DNA of 38,571 nt from Candidatus Peregrinibacteria bacterium (GTDB taxonomy: Bacteria > Patescibacteriota > Gracilibacteria > UBA1369 > LOWO2-01-FULL-3): NCBI GenBank assembly GCA_016186245.1, contig JACPLZ010000024.1:17941-56511 (forward strand). Direction: 5' to 3'. The notes below the pieces were generated by a model. It was not told the origin of the DNA. It worked only from the letters and a program-made list of their open reading frames with translations, and did no database searches. Position numbers and translations under genes: made by a program. Position 1 is the first letter of the stretch. The number at the start of each line of letters is the position of its first letter. Of the stretch, positions 32,301-38,571 are shown piece by piece.

Positions 32301-34411
32301 AAACCGCATCCGACATCCGTCTAAAAAACAGATTGGAAGATGCCGTCGCCGCACTAGATAACCCGGAAAACAGACAGCAGATATCATTCGTTGAAGAAAC
32401 CCCAAACATCATGTACAGCCGCGACGGCAAACTATTAAGCCTCACAAATAAATATGAAATCAATCTGGACTCATGGCTGACCAGTCCCGAAAGTTACAAC
32501 GAAGGGCTTAAAAAAGCCGAAATACAACTGATAGAGCTTCCATCCGGAGCAATAGAACTCCACGTCCTAAACACTCAAAACAAAGATGTGGAAATTTATA
32601 TCGATCCGGAGTTGAAAGAATTGGGAGTGATCAAAGACGGCCAGCATATCTTCCTGGAAGGAAATATGGATGATCTCATCATCAGCCGTGAAAGATTTAC
32701 TTTGCCTTTTGAGCAAACCGAAGACAACGCCAGCATCCGCGACATCATTACAATCCGCCAAAAATCATCCGTGGAAGGAAACCGCGACAGCTCATTCCTT
32801 CAAAATTATTCTCCGACCTTTTTGCAAAAACTGGCTCACGAAGCCTACTTTGATATTTACAAAGCAAACAGAACAAAAAAATCGACGAATATTTTTGAAG
32901 CGCCGGGATATTCCACAAACAAATTTCAGCAGGGACTGGACAATAAACCGGTATTTACGGCATCAATAAAACAGCGCCGCGCTTACCAGATTTTATCCGA
33001 GCTTCGCAGCCACCGCCCCGAGATGAGACATAAAATAGATAAACAGGATATCCGCAACATGGAAACATTTTTCAAGAACCGCCATGAAAGCATGGGAAAT
33101 ATAAGCCATGCCGGACAAATACGCTACAATCTCCTTCCAGATATCACCGCGCTTTTCCGTGAAGACCCAAATTTCAAAGAAAAAATTGGTGAAAACGCCA
33201 ACAAACCGGAAGAAATAATCAGACTTTTGAAAAGATACGGCACTGCCACCGACGGTTTACAAAATCTTTCCGAAACCGAATCAACCATGGCAGTAACACA
33301 TCTTCTCAACCTCTGGTATACCGATTTCTACAAGACCGGAGCGGAAAAAGCCGAACCAAACAATCTCGAAAAAATCAATCGTGAACTTCTAACAGTCCTT
33401 GATCAGCACATCGGATTCATAAAAAACCGGGTATTTATACCGGCATTCAAAACTGCAATCGCGCGGATAAATCCAAAACCGGCGATTACCGCCGAAAAAG
33501 CCGCCAACATATTGATCGAAGACACCGGCGGAGAACTGAGAAAAATAATTCTTGGAGATCTCAAAAAATTCGACTACACCAAAGACATAGAAATCAACCG
33601 CATCCCGGAAGACGCCTACTTTTTTTCAGGCTCGCGCATCGGCGAAGGCCAAACACGCAAAGGCGCCATCACCGGAACAATAGATTATAAAAATATCGAA
33701 AAAAATGCCGGCAATTTAATCCATGATCTTGGCTTTATCAATGGCACCAGCATGAGCTATAGACTCAATTCTCCGGACCCTGAAAAAAGAGCAATCGCCA
33801 GAATTTTGCTGGAAATCGCCAGTCCGATCCCGACAGACAATCTTGAATTTCTCAACAGCCCGCTGGCCATAAAAATTGCCAGCATGAAGAGCCATCTATT
33901 GTTGGCTTACAGCGATGATTTGCAATTTGAGGACTACAAAAATATTTCCAAAGTTTATCAGGATCCAAGCATCCTTAGCCGAAATAGCGACGCAATTATA
34001 GCGTTTCGGAAATTCAAAAAACTTATCATGGATATCCGCACGGCACAGATCAACGGCACAACTTTTGAAAAAAGAATCGGCTCAACCGGCCTGACAGTCC
34101 GCATAAAAATAGACACAAAAATTACCGCCGGTTCCTATTCCAAATGCGCCAATCCAAGTTTTTACGTCGTTGAAAACGGCCATGTGGAAATACTGAAAGA
34201 CAATAAGACAATCGCCGCATTTGAAATGTCCAATGAAACAGTCGACAGCGATCTTTCCAAATTATTCCGCTCGGTCGGATTCGGCGTAGGCATAACAGAA
34301 AGCGAGCCACCGGCCGCGCCAAAAATAAAAGGAAAACCATCGGGAGTTTCCCAAACCAGAGTATCCACCGGAGAAACACCGGAACAAATAATTTCATCCG
34401 ATTATGAATAA
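29375..34411 (+). CDS. Giant hypothetical protein A (1678 aa), no signal peptide and no recognised domain
   Basis: It is an uninterrupted 5-kb ORF with coding-like composition, a K/E-rich helical N-terminus and a central Gly-rich hydrophobic block. It has only 3 Cys. Confidence 0.8.
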   Translation: MFKERFLIFRGENSEKQPDSSERSHGDRTNLIENTTEALENLAETIAVLEDKKIDEKVKEEIAHNIVDNISEAAIIKLLTDRKISQETRDLIFRQLGNKLSNDFSRLDNESTRTIVNYALLESKQDSQQYRTLSQNLDRACMDKLDLQTIKDLLSLAFWHDKNLYRKILPLIGNEQKTKLLEDEALDIQFTTDLRNTVESPIPQKTPEKAPKKITKKTLEKKLFAKLSIKEGRSINELTGQQLNVLEKSVNKIRETIQNGKDINAIMRDIEKTAKTAYGFLGYSPIEFIEIAGPANIDANTSIIWNLKIENGNITKIANRNTILTIKERQLVLNSQEYQNFLERGKRTATEIETDKSLKDSERSRKYEYNRTYQELTDKVFTVNLDDTDEDNIIENWKSFHDYREVNRIMTGYPFSVDEMAISKKAAAIIAEGWDSEVKFEDIFAQMDGFKAVDSQKIPKEFMRDSAVFLEEFNRLKNNQTPLPEEEIARRDNMFNVLSRCLDLLYALSNLRAKEKQPEPEESKIPETLSDAARTEQEEIYDALTELTEYDIDSSNVWHEFYSLAFEGKHKTDITMADMDGTTFTVSQGTFKDRYNPRAASDIITETPGNYHFENGIKLLDRSAILTYINERIKLGSINIALAEANVANLEDFHSNIGQKMNNLYITDLTELSDEQKEAFQLGFIVAESRKSAAQLSEAAEKNPIFRQLHEKMRLEGVSAEDRKKIEDGLIAAGGITVDTRTGEINGFGAGANILKISDNITISAFGGSFDGNIIVGGKLQINIVNNENRTIAIEIPISIAGIGAGASWREKIGEYNLDIFAGGQLNFENLMPIAGGGIMISVNTEERLNRNLEEAQKQGNLAQIWKEWKNLPKSDIAGKYEKLKTLQPLYSRLQPLERYYGLTKEDIVFIVEGVQDKIKEEVFENTSSSLIEGIPLLSHAGFIMLGVVPVPAVGIEILGAKISIPNRSEISRLIKTASDIRLKNRLEDAVAALDNPENRQQISFVEETPNIMYSRDGKLLSLTNKYEINLDSWLTSPESYNEGLKKAEIQLIELPSGAIELHVLNTQNKDVEIYIDPELKELGVIKDGQHIFLEGNMDDLIISRERFTLPFEQTEDNASIRDIITIRQKSSVEGNRDSSFLQNYSPTFLQKLAHEAYFDIYKANRTKKSTNIFEAPGYSTNKFQQGLDNKPVFTASIKQRRAYQILSELRSHRPEMRHKIDKQDIRNMETFFKNRHESMGNISHAGQIRYNLLPDITALFREDPNFKEKIGENANKPEEIIRLLKRYGTATDGLQNLSETESTMAVTHLLNLWYTDFYKTGAEKAEPNNLEKINRELLTVLDQHIGFIKNRVFIPAFKTAIARINPKPAITAEKAANILIEDTGGELRKIILGDLKKFDYTKDIEINRIPEDAYFFSGSRIGEGQTRKGAITGTIDYKNIEKNAGNLIHDLGFINGTSMSYRLNSPDPEKRAIARILLEIASPIPTDNLEFLNSPLAIKIASMKSHLLLAYSDDLQFEDYKNISKVYQDPSILSRNSDAIIAFRKFKKLIMDIRTAQINGTTFEKRIGSTGLTVRIKIDTKITAGSYSKCANPSFYVVENGHVEILKDNKTIAAFEMSNETVDSDLSKLFRSVGFGVGITESEPPAAPKIKGKPSGVSQTRVSTGETPEQIISSDYE

Positions 34412-37400
34412 ACTAACAAAAAAATCAGTCATCGGCGCACTGGCAGCAGTAATCCTGACAGGAGCAGCATTTAACATCAGCACATACGCGGATGAAAATA
34501 CTTCACCGGATTGTTCAGAAATCATTCAATATTTCAGTGAAAGACTGGACACCATAGATGATTCAGCAGTCTACGAAGGAAGCACGGATTGTGACAACAG
34601 CCACTTCGAACCATTCCCGGGCAGACACACGGAAACAATTGATCCGTCAACCCATCAGGCTACTGATAAAACAGCGCATCAGCCATTTTCCGAACACAGC
34701 CACACCTATATCAACCAATCGGAAGAAAACATAGGTACACAATATAACTATTACACAAGAGCCATAATTGACACTTTCGAAATAAAACTCCACGAAGATT
34801 TTCAAGAAACAATCGATTTTGATTCCATAGAATGTTCCGGATTGCCGGAAAATAATAATTGTACAGGCGAAAAATCAAGCGGGAGTAGAACCTATACAGT
34901 AACTTTCGACAGAACAAATGGGATAATTCAATGGAGATTTACAGGAGAAAAACCAAAAATTGCCGGAAAGAACCCGCATCTAGATCAATTAAGGGGAACT
35001 CCAGGATATTCTTCCGAAGAAATAAATAGAATGGTCAAAGAAGGGATAAGCTTCAAAACCAACGAACAGGAAAAAGAATTTTGGAGCGCGACCTCCACCG
35101 CAAAAATACTGATAAAAGATCAATTCGCCAAACTTCCCGCTTCAGCAACAACATCAGTAATAGGAACTCTGGCATGGCAGGACGCAGAGCCGGCCGGCGC
35201 AGATCCGGACAATGATAAATTTTATTGGTTTGACATCGGCACAACCAGCACCGTCTGGCAAAAAGAAATCGCCCAAGTCGAAGAAGCCTGCAAGGACATC
35301 CAGATAGATCATCCCGAAGACATATACGAAGGAACATTATCACGATTCAGAGCCCGCGCAATCAGCGGCGGCACAGGAGAAACACTTGGCGGCAAAATCA
35401 GATATTCGGTTGAAAACGGCCATGGCGCTTTTTATGCAACCAGACCGGAGAATTTGCCAACATTCATATTAAATTCATCAAGAATGATCAACGAAATACC
35501 TCTGACATCATTTATGTCCACAAACATACTCGAGTTTATCAATGAATTATTCGGAGAGGAAAGATCACCAATCCCGTCAATCCCAACACCTGCAGATTTT
35601 GGCTCTACTTCAGTAGTTGAGGCAGCAACCGTATTCAGCGCGGGCGGCAATACCGTAGAAGTGGATCCATACAAAAATGTTTATTTCATGGCGGATCAGG
35701 CCGGAAACGATGTCATCCACATTCAGCCTATAAACGATCCGGGCAATTACTGCAAAAGAGATTTCGACATCATTCCAAAAAATGCCTGCGCAAATCTTGA
35801 GCTTATCAGTAATCCGACAGCTCCGCTGACAATCGGCCAAAACGCCGAATTAAATCTGGTAAACCCTCTCGACATCAACGGAAATCCGCTTCCTCCTTCC
35901 ACCAAAATAGTCTGGAGCAGCGGCAATACCCGGGGAAGATTTACTTATGGCGACCGGACAGGCAGGACACTCACGCTCAACCTTGACCAGCAGCCGGTGC
36001 AAATCAGCGGTATCGTATTGCCTGGCCTTATACAGGCCAAAGTCCAACCAGGCGATCTTGCCTATTCAAACAAATGCCAGCCGACAATCTCTGTAGAATT
36101 ACCACTTGCCTGCAAAAATTTACGTCTCCAGGTACAGGAATTCAACAAGAATGAATTCGGCGCAAACGAAACGAAGTATATTCTTGAATCAAACGGATTC
36201 TACAAAGTCGAAGGATATCCGGCATTCACACGCCCAAATTCAGAAATAACTGTAGGCTACACGATTGATCCTGATTTCGGCACTTTTGTAAAAATTTCCA
36301 GCGACAGTTCTTCTGTTTGGAATATTTTAACAATCAATGCGCTAAGACTTGCAAATAATCTCACGCCCGAAACTTTGGAAACGACTCTTGGAAGCGAAAA
36401 ACTCAACAAAACAATCACACTCCCCCAGGGCAAAAAAGCACACCTCATAACATTCAGCAATAATGAACACAGCAGCGACGCCGCTTTGAGAGTGAAGGCA
36501 ACCGGATTCAATTGCGGCGCGGCAATGGAATTTAAAGGCATCGCAGATGTCCTGCAATCCATGGAATGTCTCGACCTCGAGATTATTGAGCCTTCCGAAC
36601 CGTGGTACATAAATGACAAAGACACCGAAACAATAAAAATCAGCGCCACCACCGATCCCGCCGGCAAAGAAGAAGACCTGCATTTTACCTGGAAAGTTTC
36701 CAACGGCGGCAAATGGGAGGAAACAGATACAGCGCTGATCGAAGCCAAAAAAACAGACACAACTCAAACTCTAAAAGATTTCACCAAAGATACGGTTGTG
36801 GAAGTTTGGGCCGAAGAAAATAAAAATGCCTGCTACGATAAACTGACCGCCCGCGAACTTGAAAAGCCTGGAGAGGAGCCGGAGAAAGAGGTCCCAGAAA
36901 TCAACAAGTTTGCTTTCAGCGAAAACGATATTGACCATGCCGATGATGACATCATCAATATAAGCAGCGAGACCGATTATGTTACTTACATGATCGCCTA
37001 CACTCCGGGCGATTATAATTCCGTATCAATTCAGGAAACAAGCCTTGAAAACGGAGAGATCAGGAGCATCGGCAACCTCAACGGCTCGCTCAAATTTACC
37101 GCGATGAATATCACGATTTTGAAAGACGGCGCAAGCCAGGCTGTAAAAATTCTGCAGACTGCCGGCTATCGCGACGATTATCAGGATCGCCGGGCAAAAA
37201 CCACCGCCAAAGATTATTCCTGCGAAAATAATAACGACGATTTTTGTTTTGAAGATGATGCGGAAGAACTGGTGAATAAATTCAAAAATGGCCGGACAAT
37301 CCGTTTTAATAACACTGACGAACTTGGAACTGATGGCAAGCTGATCATCAAATATCAATTGGCCAACAAATCGGAAATAGATGAAGATACTTGCAAAAAA

Positions 37401-38465
37401 ATGAGCGCCGATAAGGGCTGCGGTGAAGAATTCCGCAATGAGGCAAAATTTGTCGCTTACACAAATGATAATTACGAAGGCGACAAATATGAAGATAAAG
37501 ACAGCGCCAAAGTGATTGTTATTTGCCCTTACATCCTCACAAGATCAGGAGGCGACATATTTTTCTATGATGCTCTTGATACCGGAGTCGATGTGGCTGC
37601 ATGCGCTCCTGTAAAAGGAAGCGACGGACCTGTTGTTACGCCGGAAAGGCCGGAAAAACCCCGCCCGCCGGTAACCGGCGCAGGCGACCTGCCGGAAGCC
37701 ATCAGCTATCTTAACCTCCCATCTCACGATATTTGCCGTTATAGCAACCTAGAAAGCAATATCGAAAATTACAACGATGCCCTGAAAAATTTCTCGAGCA
37801 CAATTTGTGAATTGCGCGCAGAAGTAGCCGACAGCTGGCAGGAAGAAAATATCGTAAAATCAATCGCCGCAAACATCACCAGGATCGCCCGCTTCGGCGA
37901 AAACCTACTCCAATCGGAGCTTGATAGCATTCTTGATCTTACAACCACTGCAAATCGGCAGAGCGGAGTTTTTGTAAGAACAAGCGGAGACCTCGAAATC
38001 GGCAATAACGGCGTATATTTCATCAAAACCGGAAACAACATCCCTGCCGCACAGACATATATAATCCGCGGCCATGATCTATATATCAATTCCAATATTG
38101 AATATGGTCCGACAGATTACAGCAAACCAAAATCAATTCCTTCAGCGGCATTTATCGTACTGGACGGAAATATTCACATTGATAAGGATGTCAGCAGAAT
38201 TGATGGAATTTTCATGGCGGTTGATCTAAACCGCGACGGCAGCGATGGAAAAATCACCAGTGAAGGCGGCAAAACCACAACCCGTTTGCTCATCAACGGA
38301 AATTTGATCGGAAATGTTTACGATCTGTTTAAGAACAGAACAGGCGTGGGCGATCCGCGCAAAGACGAAGGCTCGGTAACAATTTACTATGATGAAAGAA
38401 TTTTATTGAACACCCCGCCTGGAATAAGCGAACTGATTGACCTGCAGCAAGCCATCGTGCCATAA
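34404..38465 (+). CDS. Giant hypothetical secreted or surface protein B (1353 aa)
   Basis: The N-terminal signal or anchor is MNKLTKKSVIGALAAVILTGAAFNISTYADE. It has 20 Cys in sequential pairs and repeated modules that open with C-x-[ND]-L-x-[LI]. An 8-nt overlap (ATGAATAA) links it to gene A. Confidence 0.8.
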   Translation: MNKLTKKSVIGALAAVILTGAAFNISTYADENTSPDCSEIIQYFSERLDTIDDSAVYEGSTDCDNSHFEPFPGRHTETIDPSTHQATDKTAHQPFSEHSHTYINQSEENIGTQYNYYTRAIIDTFEIKLHEDFQETIDFDSIECSGLPENNNCTGEKSSGSRTYTVTFDRTNGIIQWRFTGEKPKIAGKNPHLDQLRGTPGYSSEEINRMVKEGISFKTNEQEKEFWSATSTAKILIKDQFAKLPASATTSVIGTLAWQDAEPAGADPDNDKFYWFDIGTTSTVWQKEIAQVEEACKDIQIDHPEDIYEGTLSRFRARAISGGTGETLGGKIRYSVENGHGAFYATRPENLPTFILNSSRMINEIPLTSFMSTNILEFINELFGEERSPIPSIPTPADFGSTSVVEAATVFSAGGNTVEVDPYKNVYFMADQAGNDVIHIQPINDPGNYCKRDFDIIPKNACANLELISNPTAPLTIGQNAELNLVNPLDINGNPLPPSTKIVWSSGNTRGRFTYGDRTGRTLTLNLDQQPVQISGIVLPGLIQAKVQPGDLAYSNKCQPTISVELPLACKNLRLQVQEFNKNEFGANETKYILESNGFYKVEGYPAFTRPNSEITVGYTIDPDFGTFVKISSDSSSVWNILTINALRLANNLTPETLETTLGSEKLNKTITLPQGKKAHLITFSNNEHSSDAALRVKATGFNCGAAMEFKGIADVLQSMECLDLEIIEPSEPWYINDKDTETIKISATTDPAGKEEDLHFTWKVSNGGKWEETDTALIEAKKTDTTQTLKDFTKDTVVEVWAEENKNACYDKLTARELEKPGEEPEKEVPEINKFAFSENDIDHADDDIINISSETDYVTYMIAYTPGDYNSVSIQETSLENGEIRSIGNLNGSLKFTAMNITILKDGASQAVKILQTAGYRDDYQDRRAKTTAKDYSCENNNDDFCFEDDAEELVNKFKNGRTIRFNNTDELGTDGKLIIKYQLANKSEIDEDTCKKMSADKGCGEEFRNEAKFVAYTNDNYEGDKYEDKDSAKVIVICPYILTRSGGDIFFYDALDTGVDVAACAPVKGSDGPVVTPERPEKPRPPVTGAGDLPEAISYLNLPSHDICRYSNLESNIENYNDALKNFSSTICELRAEVADSWQEENIVKSIAANITRIARFGENLLQSELDSILDLTTTANRQSGVFVRTSGDLEIGNNGVYFIKTGNNIPAAQTYIIRGHDLYINSNIEYGPTDYSKPKSIPSAAFIVLDGNIHIDKDVSRIDGIFMAVDLNRDGSDGKITSEGGKTTTRLLINGNLIGNVYDLFKNRTGVGDPRKDEGSVTIYYDERILLNTPPGISELIDLQQAIVP

Positions 38466-38483
38466 ACATGACCGGAATTCACT

Positions 38484-38571
38484 GTCATGGTGAGCTTGTC
38501 GAACCATCGTGTCATCCTGCAGATTTTTGCCTCGCAAAAATCCCTTCTCCTTCTCCTGTGTCATCCTGCAG
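38484..38571. repeat. Hairpin-repeat cluster downstream of giant gene B (runs off the window)
   Basis: It contains GTCATGGTGAGCTTGTCGAACCATC, then GTCATCCTGCAG with a 9-bp stem GATTTTTGC-CTC-GCAAAAATC (38522-38542), then a second GTCATCCTGCAG at 38559-38571. Confidence 0.65.

Noticed and set aside
29375-38465. A diversity-generating retroelement, or variable-region repeats, within the giant genes.
   Set aside because: The window has no reverse transcriptase ORF. I could not find a template/variable repeat pair with A-specific mismatches by eye. A computational self-alignment would be needed to exclude it fully.
1-38571. Alternative genetic code (UGA recoded, as in some candidate phyla).
   Set aside because: All recognisable genes are full length under the standard code. 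TGA is used as a genuine stop, for example in ruvC, the TPR gene and priA, at positions where homology ends.

Overview
The window is a gene-dense, A-rich bacterial segment read in the standard code, since TGA is used as a stop. It encodes mostly housekeeping genes on both strands: pyk, ruvC, pilD-type prepilin peptidase, gpmA, a split manC, secDF, tRNA-Arg(UCG), priA, trpS, pyrG, lgt, greA, rpoD, dnaG, a WecA/MraY-family transferase, truB, murE, riboflavin kinase, an O-antigen-ligase-family protein and tpiA. Domain-trimmed enzymes, an archaeal-type TIM, a type IV pilus peptidase, near-absent Shine-Dalgarno sites and giant orphan proteins together suggest a reduced-genome, CPR/Patescibacteria-like organism; this is inference only. 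The accessory content is as follows. (1) Two translationally coupled giant orphan genes (1678 aa and 1353 aa) sit behind a near-consensus promoter and are the best candidate for an undescribed system. (2) A SecDF fusion carries parvulin PPIase modules inserted in the SecD periplasmic head. (3) An AbrB/PIN toxin-antitoxin pair lies between trpS and pyrG. (4) A signal-less M15 (VanY-like) peptidase with a large unknown N-domain lies next to the tRNA. (5) A 108-109 nt structured repeat occurs in two copies with compensatory stem changes. (6) A family of GTCAYCCTG/GTCATGGTGAGC hairpin repeats occupies intergenic spaces, and one copy supplies the C-terminus of gpmA. Many genes appear leaderless, with a -10 box 6-7 nt upstream of the ATG. 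No CRISPR array, rRNA, transposase, integrase or reverse transcriptase was seen.
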